Positions 37,381 through 57,652 of a DNA stretch of 64,000 bases are shown here, one piece after another. The notes beneath the pieces were generated by a model. The model saw only the letters and a list, made by a program, of their open reading frames with translations. It did no database searches and had not been told where the DNA came from. Source of the DNA: an uncultured Acidobacteriota bacterium (GTDB lineage: Bacteria > Acidobacteriota > Thermoanaerobaculia > Multivoradales > UBA5704); contig CAVYRF010000001.1 in the NCBI GenBank assembly GCA_963770895.1, forward strand, positions 96,001 through 160,000. Reading direction: 5' to 3'. The translations under genes were made by a program, and so were the position numbers. Numbering within the stretch: the stretch's first letter is position 1; every line of letters begins with the position of its first letter.

Positions 37381-38142
37381 TCAGATCAGCTGCCCCAGCC
37401 AGCTGGCCTTGCTCATCCGCCGCAGGATGGTCTGGACGTGGCGCCGGTAGGCGCGGCTGTCCGCGCCGGGATGCCATTCGCTGGGCAGCGGCAGGCTGGC
37501 CGCCAGAAGGGCGGCTTCGCGCTCGGACAGCGCCCGCGCGGACTTGCCGAAGTAGTGGCGCGCCGCCGCTTCGGCGCCGTAGATGCCGGGCCCCATCTCG
37601 ACGACGTTCAGATAGAGCTCCAGGATGCGGCGCTTGCTCAGGTGGGCCTCCAGCTGGCGCGTCAGGGCCGCCTCCTTCAGCTTGCGCAGCGGGTTGCGCG
37701 AGGACGACAGCCACAGGTTCTTGGCCAGCTGCTGGGTGATGGTCGAGGCGCCGCGCGGCAGGCGCTTCTCCTCCCAGGCGTCCTCGATAGCCGCCTTCAT
37801 CTCGACGGTTTCAAAGCCGTGGTGGGAGAAAAAGCCGATGTCTTCGCCGCACAGCACCGCTCGCTTGAGCGCCGGCGAGATCTGCGCGTAGTGCACCCAT
37901 CGCCACTGGATCGGCCGCGGCGGCCCGAACCAGCCGCCGTCGCGGTAGTGCTCGATGAACGCCGTCATGGTCGGCCGGCGGTGGGTGAGCTCCGCCACGT
38001 CCGGCCAGGTGCAGACCTCCCAGATGGCCCACGTGGCGGTCAGGACGAGCAGCGCGGCGAGCGACAGCAGCCAGCGGGAGCGCGTCAGGCGTCCCCAGCG
38101 CGGCGGCTCGTAAGGCGACGCGATCATGGCGGAGGGCGCCAT
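37381..38142 (-). CDS. mtgA: Monofunctional peptidoglycan transglycosylase
   Basis: ED..FF.HHG, RGASTITQQLAKNL, RKLKE and KRRILELYLN motifs. Confidence 0.92.
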   Translation of the reverse strand: MAPSAMIASPYEPPRWGRLTRSRWLLSLAALLVLTATWAIWEVCTWPDVAELTHRRPTMTAFIEHYRDGGWFGPPRPIQWRWVHYAQISPALKRAVLCGEDIGFFSHHGFETVEMKAAIEDAWEEKRLPRGASTITQQLAKNLWLSSSRNPLRKLKEAALTRQLEAHLSKRRILELYLNVVEMGPGIYGAEAAARHYFGKSARALSEREAALLAASLPLPSEWHPGADSRAYRRHVQTILRRMSKASWLGQLI

Positions 38143-38175
38143 TGTACAGCGGGGAGGCGGCTATACTGCGCGCCC

Positions 38176-39903
38176 ATGAGCCCCGCCTCGCGCATCGACA
38201 AGAGGCCGGTCGACCGTCCCGCCGGCAATCCGACGCTCGCCCGGTTCCTGCTCGACCAGCTGGTCGAGGCGGGCGTGAGCTCCATCTTCGGCATTCCCGG
38301 CGACTTCATCCTGCGCCTCTGCCAGCTGATCGACGAGGACCCGCGGCTGCGCCTGCGCACCCTGTCGCACGAGCCCGGCGTGGGCTTTGCCGCCAACGGC
38401 GCGGCGCGCGGCACCCAGGGCCTGGGCGTCGCCTGCGTCACCTACGGCGCCGGGGCGCTCAACATGGTCAACCCGATCGCCGCCGCCTACGCCGAAAAGA
38501 CGCCGGTGCTGGTGCTGACCGGCGGCCCCGGCGAGGACGAGCGCTCGCGCGGCATCCTGGTCCACCACCAGGTCAAGAGCTTCGAGTCGCAGCTGCGGGT
38601 GTTCCACGAGGTGACGCAGTACCAGGCGGTGCTCAACGACCCGCTGACCGCCGCCAGCCAGGTGCGCTACGCCATCGACGTCTGCCGCCTGTACTCGCTG
38701 CCGGTCTACCTGGAGGTGCCGCGCGACATGGTGGAGCGTGAGATCCAGGTCGGGCCGCCGGGCCAGCTCGCCGTGCCGACGCAGGCGGGAGCCGTGGCGG
38801 AGGCCGCCGCGGAGATCCTGCGCATGGTCGCCGCGGCGCGCCGCCCGGTCATGGTCGTGGGCGTCGAGGTCCATCGCCAGCGCCTGGCCCGCGACGTGGT
38901 GGCGCTCGCCGAGCACCTGGGGCTGAGCGTGGTGAGCACCTTCATGGGGCGCGGCAGCTTCCCCGACGACCATCCGCAATACGCCGGGGTCTACCTGGGG
39001 CCCGCCTCGCCCCCCGGCGTCCGCGAGCTGGTGGAGGGCTCCGACTGCCTGCTGATGCTGGGCGCCCTGGTGAGCGACACCAACATGGGCGTGCGCATCA
39101 CCGCCATCGACCCGCGCGCCATCGTCCTGGCCGTCTCCCGCCAGGTCGAGATCGGCTACCACGTCTATCACGACGTGCCGCTCGACGCGCTGGTGGCGCG
39201 ACTGGTCGCCGATCCCGGCGGCCGGCGGCGCTCCGACTTCGTGCCGAGCGGCGGCCGCCGCCCGTTCATGCGCGCCGACGACGCCGCCTCGCCCGGACCG
39301 CTGCGCGTCGCCGCCCTGGTCGCCGAGATCAACCGCTTCTTTGCCGAGCACGGCGCGATGCCGCTGGTCGCCGACACCGGCGACTGCCTGTTCTGCTCGC
39401 ACGAGATCGACACCCAGCTGGTGCTGGCGTCCGCCTACTACGCCACCATGGGCTTCGCCGTGCCCGCCGCCCTGGGCTTTGAAAGCGCCACCGGCAAGCG
39501 CCCCCTGGTCCTGGTCGGCGACGGCGGCTTCCAGATGACGGGCAACGAGCTGCTGCATGCCGCGCCGCAGGGCCTGCGCCCGATCGTCGTGGTGATGAAC
39601 AACGGTTCGTGGGAGATGCTGCAGTCCTTCCTGCCCAGCAACTACAACCAGATCCCCGATTGGCACTACGCCAGCGTCGCCCGCCTGTGGGGGTGCGCCA
39701 GCTGGAAGGTCAAGACCGCCGCCGCCCTGCGCGCCGCCCTGGCCGCCGCCTTGACCGAGCCCCGCCCGGTCCTCATCGAAGCCCTGCTCGCCAAGGGCGA
39801 CATCTCCGACACCCTGTACACCTTCACGCGCAGCGTCGGCACCACCCCGCCGCCGCCCACGGCAACGCCTCCTGCCGCGGCGTCGCCGATGCGGGGCAGG
39901 TAA
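38176..39903 (+). CDS. ipdC: Indolepyruvate/phenylpyruvate decarboxylase (TPP-dependent)
   Basis: FGIPGDF, LSHEPGVGFAA, VHHQVK, YYATMGF and GDGGFQMTG...NN motifs. Confidence 0.88.
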   Translation: MSPASRIDKRPVDRPAGNPTLARFLLDQLVEAGVSSIFGIPGDFILRLCQLIDEDPRLRLRTLSHEPGVGFAANGAARGTQGLGVACVTYGAGALNMVNPIAAAYAEKTPVLVLTGGPGEDERSRGILVHHQVKSFESQLRVFHEVTQYQAVLNDPLTAASQVRYAIDVCRLYSLPVYLEVPRDMVEREIQVGPPGQLAVPTQAGAVAEAAAEILRMVAAARRPVMVVGVEVHRQRLARDVVALAEHLGLSVVSTFMGRGSFPDDHPQYAGVYLGPASPPGVRELVEGSDCLLMLGALVSDTNMGVRITAIDPRAIVLAVSRQVEIGYHVYHDVPLDALVARLVADPGGRRRSDFVPSGGRRPFMRADDAASPGPLRVAALVAEINRFFAEHGAMPLVADTGDCLFCSHEIDTQLVLASAYYATMGFAVPAALGFESATGKRPLVLVGDGGFQMTGNELLHAAPQGLRPIVVVMNNGSWEMLQSFLPSNYNQIPDWHYASVARLWGCASWKVKTAAALRAALAAALTEPRPVLIEALLAKGDISDTLYTFTRSVGTTPPPPTATPPAAASPMRGR

Positions 39904-39996
39904 GCGCCGGGAGCGCCCTGGCAACGGCGGGGCGTACACCGTGGGTGCCGCCCCGCCGGTGGCGTCGCCCTCAGCAGGGCGCTCCGGCCTTTGGCA

Positions 39997-40191
39997 CTAG
40001 CAGTACCTGGATTTGCAGGTGGTCAGGGTGTCGCAGTCCAGGCAGGAGGTGACACCACAGACGCTGTTTTCACAGACGGTCGTGTTCGAAGGTGTCGCCC
40101 CACCCATCGCCTGCCCGAGGGCCGGCTTGTCGAGATAGCGCAACGTCTCGCTGTTGAGGCGCAGCTTCTTCGGATTGGCGCTGGTCCGCAT
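39997..40191 (-). CDS. RiPP (lanthipeptide-like) precursor peptide
   Basis: Leader KKLRLNSETLRYL...AMGG, then a 33-aa core with 6 Cys and 11 Ser/Thr. GAGGAG RBS. Confidence 0.75.
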   Translation of the reverse strand: MRTSANPKKLRLNSETLRYLDKPALGQAMGGATPSNTTVCENSVCGVTSCLDCDTLTTCKSRYC

Positions 40192-40322
40192 CGAATTCTC
40201 CTCTTCGATCAAGATTGTCCGGAAGTTGACTCAGGACGTTCCCGAGTGCGAGGAGCGAGGCTATCAAGTTTTCCGCGGAGTTTCAGCTCACTCGCAAGTA
40301 TACTAATAGGCCCTATCCGTGT

Positions 40323-42425
40323 TCACTTTCCGCGTGTGGGGTGCGGCGTGCAGGGGCCGTAGGCAGCCATGCGGTCGTTGACGAAGAGCAGGGGCAGGCC
40401 GCCGGCGGTCAGGGCGGCGCGGCTTTCGGGGTCGTCGGCCCAGGCGACGAAGACCAGCGGTTTGTCGCAGGCGGCCAGGGCGGTGGGCCACCAGGCGAAG
40501 GGGCGCAGCGGCGTCTGCCGCGGGTCGGCGGTCATCCACTTGTGCAGGTAGGCCAGGACGTAGTTGCTGGTCAGCTCGCGGCCGCGCGGGCTGGCGACCA
40601 GCACGGTGCGGTGCAGGTAGAAGGGGAGCGAGGGTGGAAAGGCGCGCACTCCCACCACGTCGGCGCCCGGCGGCAGCGCCGGCAGGATCGCCGCCGCCGC
40701 GTCGCGCGCGGAGCGGCGGCCGGCGATCTCGCCCAGCAGCGGCAGCGCCAGCGCCGGCATGATCGCGATGGGCAGCAGGAGGCCGAGCAGCAGCGCCGGC
40801 CGGGCGATGCGGCTGGCGCGGCCGTCCCACGGCAGGATGCCGCCGCGGCGGTGCCCCCAGGCGGTCACGGCGGCGCCGATCAGGAAGGCGACGGCCACCG
40901 CGGTCAGGGTCGCCGGCAGCCGCGTCGCGCGCGCCAGCGCCGCGGGATGGGCGACCATGCCGTAAGCGGCGGCAGCGGCGCAGAGAACTCCCAAGGCGAG
41001 CCAGGTCCATGCCACCGCGGCGGCTCCCGGCAGCGACCTCCATGGTGCCGCCCGCCAGTCGCCTGCGGCCAGCTCGCCTGAAGGGACGGCTGCGCCGGCG
41101 CCGGCCGGACCGGCGAGCTCGTGGGAGACGCTGGCGGATCGGTTTGTCACGGCGCCTTTCCGTGGGTCCGTGCCGGTGGCAGCCTGGGGACTGGTGCGTC
41201 GCGTGGCGTCGCCGTTGCCTGGTTGGTCCACGGCGGCGGCTTCGGCGTCCACCCAGACCTTGGCGGCGAGGATGGCGACGGCGGGCAGGAGCGGCAGGAT
41301 GTATTGCGGCCGCTTGGAGTGCGACAGCGAGAACATCACCAGCGGCACGGCGATCCATAGAAGAAGGTAGAGGAGCGCCGGGTTCCAGCCCCGGCCGGGG
41401 CCGCCGCGCGGGCGCAGGCTGCGCCGCCAGCCGGCCAGGACCAGCACCGACCAGGGGAGGGTGCCGGCGATGAGGCAGGGGATGTAGAGCCAGATCGGAC
41501 CTTCGCGGTTCATCTGGGTGGTGGTCACCCGCGCCCACGTTTCGGTGACCAGGGCGTAGTGCAGGAACTCCGGCACCTGGCGCGACACCAGCCAGACCCA
41601 GGGGCCGACCACCAGCGCCAGCACCGCCACCCCGGCCGGATGCCATACGGCGCGTGCCGCCCGCCGCATGAAACCGTAGGGGGCGGCCGCCAGCAGCGGC
41701 ACCGCGAGCGCCACCGGCCCCTTGGCCAGCACCCCCAGCCCGATCGCCGCCCAGGCCAGGAGCGTCCATCCCAGGTAGCCGCGATGACCGCCCGGCGGCA
41801 GCGGCGCCGCCGGCGTGCCCGCGGTGCCGCCGGCGGTGTCCGTGCGGCCCTCGACCCTGGCGACGATCGCGCCGGCGGCGGCCTCGCTGCGCTCGGCCGG
41901 ACCGTTGGTATCGCGGCGCCCGCTGGCTGCATCGCTCTCGCGGCGGCCGGCCGCGGCGGCGGCCCGCGCCTCGACCGCCATGTAGAACGCGCACAGCGCC
42001 AGGGTCAGGCAGAACGCCAGCAGGCTGTCGAAGATGACGGCGCGCGCAAAGGCGAGGGGCAGCGGCGCCACCAGCGCCGCCAGCGCGGCGATCGGGCGCG
42101 CCCGCGGACCGAACAGGCGGCCGGCGAACCAGGCGGCGAGCGCCGCAGTGGCCAGAGCGGCCAGCAGCGACGGCAGGCGCGCGGCGGCCTCGGTGACCCC
42201 GAACAGACGCTGCGACGCCGCGTCCAGGGCAAAGAAAAGCACCGGTTTGTCGAGGTAGGGGAGCCCGTCCAGGTGGGGCAGCGCATAGTCGCCGCCGGCC
42301 ATCATCTCCCTGCCGACCTCGCCGTTGCGCCCCTCGTCGGGGTCGAGCAGGGGATAGGCGCCCAGCCCCCAGGCGAGCACGACGATCAGCGCAACCCACG
42401 GCAGGATGCAGCGCACCCGCGCCAT
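40323..42425 (-). CDS. ArnT/PMT-family (GT-C) glycosyltransferase
   Basis: DPDEGRN...REM, YLDKP, ARLPS, LAKGP and SKRPQYILP motifs, with many TM helices. Confidence 0.88.
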   Translation of the reverse strand: MARVRCILPWVALIVVLAWGLGAYPLLDPDEGRNGEVGREMMAGGDYALPHLDGLPYLDKPVLFFALDAASQRLFGVTEAAARLPSLLAALATAALAAWFAGRLFGPRARPIAALAALVAPLPLAFARAVIFDSLLAFCLTLALCAFYMAVEARAAAAAGRRESDAASGRRDTNGPAERSEAAAGAIVARVEGRTDTAGGTAGTPAAPLPPGGHRGYLGWTLLAWAAIGLGVLAKGPVALAVPLLAAAPYGFMRRAARAVWHPAGVAVLALVVGPWVWLVSRQVPEFLHYALVTETWARVTTTQMNREGPIWLYIPCLIAGTLPWSVLVLAGWRRSLRPRGGPGRGWNPALLYLLLWIAVPLVMFSLSHSKRPQYILPLLPAVAILAAKVWVDAEAAAVDQPGNGDATRRTSPQAATGTDPRKGAVTNRSASVSHELAGPAGAGAAVPSGELAAGDWRAAPWRSLPGAAAVAWTWLALGVLCAAAAAYGMVAHPAALARATRLPATLTAVAVAFLIGAAVTAWGHRRGGILPWDGRASRIARPALLLGLLLPIAIMPALALPLLGEIAGRRSARDAAAAILPALPPGADVVGVRAFPPSLPFYLHRTVLVASPRGRELTSNYVLAYLHKWMTADPRQTPLRPFAWWPTALAACDKPLVFVAWADDPESRAALTAGGLPLLFVNDRMAAYGPCTPHPTRGK

Positions 42426-43096
42426 CCAGCCGGGCTGGCGATCGTGCCGATCAGCCTGGATACCGCGCGGTGGCAGCGCGCTGCCGCCGGTGTCCTGCGG
42501 GAGGTCTCTTGCGCTCAGCACTTCGCTTGCTCCCGCGTTGCCGGCGTGCCGCCGCCGGTGCCCTGCGGCCGTTCCCGTTCGCTCAACACTTTGGTTTGCT
42601 CCCGCGTCGCGGCGTCGCGGCGTCGCAGCGTGGCCGCTTCGCCGCCGCCAGCGCTTCGTCGCCCGTCTGCGCCATCCGCCACCCGTCCCTATGCGCCGCT
42701 CGCCGGTATCCGAAGAGCCCGCCCCGCCTGGGCGCGCCGCGCAATCTACGCCAAACCCCGCCGGATGACCACCCAGGAGGGGCACCGCCTCCGGCGGCAG
42801 CGCGCTGCCTGGGGACTGACGGGGCATTGGCACTCGTTGGTAGTGGACAAGCGATGGGGTATCTGGCATAATGCTTCTCCCTTTCGTCCGCGCCGCGTGC
42901 CCGTGCTCGCTGGGCTGCCGGGCTGGTTGGTTTGGTTGAGGCTGGGGATCGCAATAGAGATCGCAACGGGGGGGCGGACGGCGGGATTTGGCCCGTTCGG
43001 GGTCTTTACAGGGATCAGGAGAGACGCTACTATTGACCGGTTTGACCGTTGGGCGGCTCGGGGCTTGGGCTTCGGGCGCGTCTACGGGTGTCTCAA

Positions 43097-43171
43097 GCCC
43101 ACGTGGCTCAGGGGTAGAGCACTTCCTTGGTAAGGAAGGGGTCACCGGTTCAAATCCGGTCGTGGGCTCCA
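43097..43171 (+). tRNA. tRNA-Thr(GGT)
   Basis: Cloverleaf with anticodon arm cttcc-ttGGTaa-ggaag, TTCAAAT T-loop and 3' CCA. Confidence 0.96.
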
Positions 43172-43305
43172 CCGATTCAACGCCAAGCGTCCGACGTAGA
43201 TTCGCCGGTCTCCATGGGTCGTTGGAGGTGGCTTCGACAGAATTTTCCGGCGGCCGCCTGTACCGGCGGCCCCTCAACAAGCGTTCAGGAGGCATTTGAA
43301 GCGCC

Positions 43306-44499
<1,194 letters not shown>

Positions 44500-44509
44500 C
44501 GGCCGGCCC

Positions 44510-44559
44510 GATCGGCAGCGTCCGCCTCTGAGCAACAGAGCAACCAAACGCTGCCGATC
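44510..44559 (+). other. 12-bp stem-loop after tuf
   Basis: gatcggcagcgt ... acgctgccgatc. Confidence 0.55.
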
Positions 44560-44576
44560 AGCCGATCGATGGGATA

Positions 44577-44612
44577 GAACGATCTGAACGATCTGAACGA
44601 TCTGAACGATCT
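44577..44612. repeat. 9-bp tandem repeat (GAACGATCT)x4
   Basis: Four perfect copies, read directly from the sequence. Confidence 0.95.
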
Positions 44613-44643
44613 GATTACCGCGAGGGATTACAGCGGGTAGAAC

Positions 44644-44720
44644 AGGCCAGTAGCTCGAACTGGTAGAGCATCGGTCTCCAAAACCGAGGGTTGGGGGTTC
44701 GAATCCCTCCTGGCCTGCCA
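44644..44720 (+). tRNA. tRNA-Trp(CCA)
   Basis: Cloverleaf with anticodon arm tcggt-ctCCAaa-accga, TTCGAAT T-loop and 3' CCA. Confidence 0.96.
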
Positions 44721-44756
44721 TCTCTCCACTCTCGACTCAAGGGGCCAGGCGCCGAC

Positions 44757-44963
44757 ATGAACGAGTGGTTCCACAAAGCCAGAACCTTCCTGGCCGAGAC
44801 GCGCATCGAGATGGGCAAGGTGTCCTTTCCGTCGCGCGACGAAGTGTTCTCGACCACGGTGGTGGTGCTCATCACGAGCTTCGTCTTCGCGGTCTTCCTG
44901 TGGGCGGCCGACCAGGCCATCCAGCGCGGCTACATCGCGATCGTAGGGGTGTTCACTCGATGA
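44757..44963 (+). CDS. secE: Preprotein translocase subunit SecE
   Basis: FLAETRIEMGKVSFPSRDE followed by a TM helix, in the canonical position. Confidence 0.93.
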   Translation: MNEWFHKARTFLAETRIEMGKVSFPSRDEVFSTTVVVLITSFVFAVFLWAADQAIQRGYIAIVGVFTR

Positions 44964-45679
44964 GCAAGGGCAGTAACGACGACCACGTGCCGCCGCGCGT
45001 GCTGCACGAGCCGCCGCCGGTGCGGCGCTCGCTGGAGCCCGAGGCTCCGGCGCACCTCCAGGGGGCGGCGGAAGGGCATGCGGGCCACGGCCACGCGCCG
45101 CACCTGCCGCCTTTGGGCGGCGGCGAAGGCGCTGAAGCGGGTGCGCCGCGCGACCGCAAGTGGTACATCGTGCACACCTATTCGGGCTTCGAGGAGCGGG
45201 TCAAGGAGACGCTGCGCCAGCGCGCCGAAGCGCTCGACATGGGCGACGCGTTCGGCGAAATCCGCATCCCGACCGAGACGGTGGTGGAGTACAAGAGCGG
45301 CAAGAAGCGTGAGACGCAGCGCAAGTTCTTTCCGGGCTACATCCTGGTCGAAATGGAGATGTCCGACGCCGCCTGGCACGTGGTCAAGAACACGCCCAAG
45401 GTGACGGGCTTCGTGGGCACGGGCCGCAAGCCGACGCCCTTGAGCCAGAGCGAAGTGGACGCGATCCTCGAGCAGGTGGTGACGGCCAAGGAAAAGCCCA
45501 AGCCCAAGTACGTCTTCGAGAAGGCGGAACCGGTGCGCATCACCGACGGGCCGTTCAACAACTTCACCGGCATCGTGGACGACGTGAATCTGGACCGCAA
45601 CACGCTCAAGGTGATGGTGACGATCTTCGGCCGCCAGACGCCGGTCGAGCTGGATTTCTCGCAGGTGCAGAAGATTTAG
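44960..45679 (+). CDS. nusG: Transcription termination/antitermination factor NusG (N-terminally extended)
   Basis: [18 protein letters not shown] and KOW domain GPFNNFTG. Confidence 0.95.
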   Translation: MSKGSNDDHVPPRVLHEPPPVRRSLEPEAPAHLQGAAEGHAGHGHAPHLPPLGGGEGAEAGAPRDRKWYIVHTYSGFEERVKETLRQRAEALDMGDAFGEIRIPTETVVEYKSGKKRETQRKFFPGYILVEMEMSDAAWHVVKNTPKVTGFVGTGRKPTPLSQSEVDAILEQVVTAKEKPKPKYVFEKAEPVRITDGPFNNFTGIVDDVNLDRNTLKVMVTIFGRQTPVELDFSQVQKI

Positions 45680-45698
45680 GGTTAGGGAGAAGACCGCG

Positions 45699-46124
45699 AT
45701 GGCCAAGAAAGTCGTTGGACAGATCAAGCTGCAGATCCCCGCGGGGGCCGCGACGCCGGCGCCGCCGGTGGGTCCGGCGCTCGGCCAGGCCGGCGTCAAC
45801 ATCATGGACTTCTGCAAGAACTTCAACGCGCGCACGCAGTCGCAGCAGGGCATGATCATTCCGGTCGTCATCACCGTCTACGCCGACCGCAGCTACACCT
45901 TCATCACCAAGACGCCGCCGGCGGCGATCCTGCTGCGCAAAGCGGCAGGGGTGGAAAAGGGCTCCGGCGAGCCCAACAAGAAGAAGGTGGGCAACGTCAC
46001 CAAGGCGCAGGTGGAAGAGATCGCCAAGACCAAGCTTCCCGACCTCAACGCTGCCAGCCTCGAAGCGGCGATCCGCATCATCGAGGGCACGGCGCGCTCG
46101 ATGGGGTTGGAGATCCAGGCGTAA
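45699..46124 (+). CDS. rplK: 50S ribosomal protein L11
   Basis: [22 protein letters not shown]. Confidence 0.98.
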   Translation: MAKKVVGQIKLQIPAGAATPAPPVGPALGQAGVNIMDFCKNFNARTQSQQGMIIPVVITVYADRSYTFITKTPPAAILLRKAAGVEKGSGEPNKKKVGNVTKAQVEEIAKTKLPDLNAASLEAAIRIIEGTARSMGLEIQA

Positions 46125-46200
46125 AGCGGTGCCGGCGCGCCGCCGCGACCCGGTCCTCCGGGACGCCGGCGCCCGCAAGCAGACCCGATAGGAGACGCAC

Positions 46201-46905
<705 letters not shown>

Positions 46906-47000
46906 GGACGGGGCTTCCCCCGCCCGCTCCCCATCAGGCGAACCGCGCCAGCCGAGACGCCCGAACGATATCGAAGAGGAAGAGCCAGGAGACCTGACCC

Positions 47001-47543
47001 ATGCCGTTGACGCGAGCCGACAAAGAGAAGCTGATCGCTGAATACCAAGAGGGGTTGGCTCAGGCTCAGCACGCCTTCCTCCTCGGTTTCAAGGGCATCA
47101 CGGTGCCGCAGGTGACCGAGCTGCGCAACCGGGTGCGGGCGACCGGCGGCGAATACCTGGTGGTCAAGAACAACCTGGCGTTGCGGGCGATCGATTCGAC
47201 CGCCCTGGCGGCCCTTGAGGAACACTTCGTGGGGCCGACGGCGGTGGTGTTCAGCACCACCGACCCGGTGTCCCTGGCCAAGGCGCTCACCGACTACGCC
47301 AAGGACGTGCCGGCGGTCGAATTCAAGGGTGGCATGGTGGAGGGGCGCGCCATCGCCGCCGGCCAGATCAAGGAGATCGCGCAGCTGCCCACCCGCGAGC
47401 AGCTGATCGCCAAGCTCCTGTTCCTGCTGCAATCGCCGATCGTGCGCTTCGCTCGCGTGCTGGCGGCCTTGCCGCAAAGCCTGGTGGTGGTGCTCGACCA
47501 GGTTCGTCAACAGAAAGAAGAAACGGCGCCGCCCGCCGCCTGA
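47001..47543 (+). CDS. rplJ: 50S ribosomal protein L10
   Basis: VVKNNLA, GPTA and LPTREQL motifs; canonical position. Confidence 0.96.
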   Translation: MPLTRADKEKLIAEYQEGLAQAQHAFLLGFKGITVPQVTELRNRVRATGGEYLVVKNNLALRAIDSTALAALEEHFVGPTAVVFSTTDPVSLAKALTDYAKDVPAVEFKGGMVEGRAIAAGQIKEIAQLPTREQLIAKLLFLLQSPIVRFARVLAALPQSLVVVLDQVRQQKEETAPPAA

Positions 47544-47621
47544 CCGGTCCACCGGCGCGCGCAGGCGACTTCAAGTTCTTGGAAATAGAAGCTTCGGGCC
47601 TCCCGAGCGGAAGGAGAGAAA

Positions 47622-48002
47622 ATGGCAATCGCGACGCAAGAATTCATCCAGCAGATCGACACCATGTCGGTGCTGGAGCTCAACAACCTGGTCAAGGCGC
47701 TCGAAGAGCACTACGGCGTTTCCGCCGCCGCCGCCGCCGCGCCTGTTGCAGCAGCCGGTGGCGCCGCCGCCGCGGCGCCGGTCGAAGAGAAGACCGAATT
47801 CGACGTGGTGCTGAAGGCCGTCGGCGACAAGAAGATCAACGTCATCAAGGCGGTGCGCGAAGTCACCAGCCTCGGCCTGAAGGAGGCCAAGGACCTGGTG
47901 GAAGCCGCGCCGGCGACGGTCAAGGAAGCGGTTTCGAAGGACGAGGCCGAGTCCATCAAGAAGAAGTTCGAAGAAGCTGGGGCGACGGTCGAAATCAAGT
48001 AA
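47622..48002 (+). CDS. rplL: 50S ribosomal protein L7/L12
   Basis: EEKTEFDV and [11 protein letters not shown] motifs. Confidence 0.98.
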   Translation: MAIATQEFIQQIDTMSVLELNNLVKALEEHYGVSAAAAAAPVAAAGGAAAAAPVEEKTEFDVVLKAVGDKKINVIKAVREVTSLGLKEAKDLVEAAPATVKEAVSKDEAESIKKKFEEAGATVEIK

Positions 48003-48368
48003 ACGTGGAGCGACCCACCGGCCGCCAACCCTTCTTTCCCGCGATCGGCCCGCTCGTCGGGGCGCCGCGCGCAAGAAGGGCGTTGCTGTCTGGAGACAAG
48101 ACAGTCTTTTCTTCAACGCCGTACAAAGCGCCGAAAAGCGCCCTTGGCCCGGCTTTTCACCAACCGGGCATAAATCGGGCGCAAAGGGTGTTTAGCTTTG
48201 TGCACACCCCACCCGCCTTCCTGCTGAGGAGCAGGGAGCGGGTGCGGTGTCGTCTCTGCTGCTACGGCCGAGGTGCCGGCTGCGCCCCACCGGGCGACGC
48301 CGGCAGAACCCGAACCGCCCAGGCGGCGTAGCAAGCTCACCAGTACCGAGGAGAGACAAGGACCCCAT

Positions 48369-56830
<8,462 letters not shown>

Positions 56831-56894
56831 TCGCAGCGGCCGGCCGGCGGCGCGCCTTGCGGTGCCGCGCGGTCCGGCAACCTGCCGCATCTTC

Positions 56895-56925
56895 AGGGCG
56901 GTCCTTCGGGGCCGCCCTTTTGTTT
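56895..56925 (+). terminator. Rho-independent terminator after rpoC
   Basis: agggcggtcc-TTCG-gggccgccct followed by tttgttt. Confidence 0.85.
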
Positions 56926-56950
56926 GGGGTTTGGTGGTCGCGCCGACGTC

Positions 56951-57556
56951 TTATTGCGGGACGTCGCCGCCGTAGGTGCGGCCGTAGCCGTAGGTGGGGA
57001 TGAGGCGCTGGGCGGCATCCAGGTCGCGCTCGCAAGCGGGGACCAGGGCCAGGGCGAAGCGGCGCAGGTCGGCGTCGGCGGTGTGGCGGGCCTCGTGCTT
57101 CAGGGCGCGCAGGTTGCGGATCTGGTACTCCATGACGATATTGACGTAGTAGCGGTCGAAATACTGGCCGACCTGGCGGGCCAGCTCCTGGTGGTCCCAA
57201 CGCTGCTTGTGGGTGGGCGGCGCCGGCAGCGCGATGCCCAGGCGGGCGGCCAGGGGCCGCAGCTGGTCGGCGTTCTGCGTCCAGTCGTCGTGCAGCGCGC
57301 GGCCCAGGTCCTGCACGCGCGGGTCGTCGGCCTGGTGCGTGGCCAGGGCGCCGAATTCGGCTTCGACGCCGGCGTGGCGCGCCATTTTAGCGACAAAGGC
57401 GCGGTCGGCAGCGACGTCCGGCGAGCCCCCGGCGGTGGCGGCGCTGGCGCAGGCGGTGAGCAGCGGTGGCAGGCCGGCAAGGAAGGCCAGCAGGGCGGCG
57501 GACGGGAGCAGCGCGAGCGCGCGGTGCGAACGGTGGGAGCAGGGACGGGTGGTCAT
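56951..57556 (-). CDS. DUF4142 (ferritin-like) secreted protein
   Basis: Signal peptide, then DRAFV...E...LA...FDRYY...DADLRRFA...P. Confidence 0.7.
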   Translation of the reverse strand: MTTRPCSHRSHRALALLPSAALLAFLAGLPPLLTACASAATAGGSPDVAADRAFVAKMARHAGVEAEFGALATHQADDPRVQDLGRALHDDWTQNADQLRPLAARLGIALPAPPTHKQRWDHQELARQVGQYFDRYYVNIVMEYQIRNLRALKHEARHTADADLRRFALALVPACERDLDAAQRLIPTYGYGRTYGGDVPQ

Positions 57557-57652
57557 GCGGCGGTACCTCCCATCGCAGAATCGCAGCAAGCTCCGTTCCA
57601 GGTGACCGCAGGCCGGGGCCGGCGGCGGACTGGCCGGCGCGCCCCCAGGCTT

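Noticed and set aside
37252-38175. N-terminal extension of the 883-aa ipdC ORF
   Set aside because: Antisense to mtgA. The decarboxylase begins at ATG 38176.
42604-42630. Short GCGTCGCG tandem repeat upstream of the ArnT-like gene
   Set aside because: Low-complexity GC repeat, plausible by chance or slippage in this composition.
44577-44612. Tandem repeat considered as a CRISPR array
   Set aside because: 9-bp units with no spacers and no cas genes. No CRISPR array was seen anywhere in the window.
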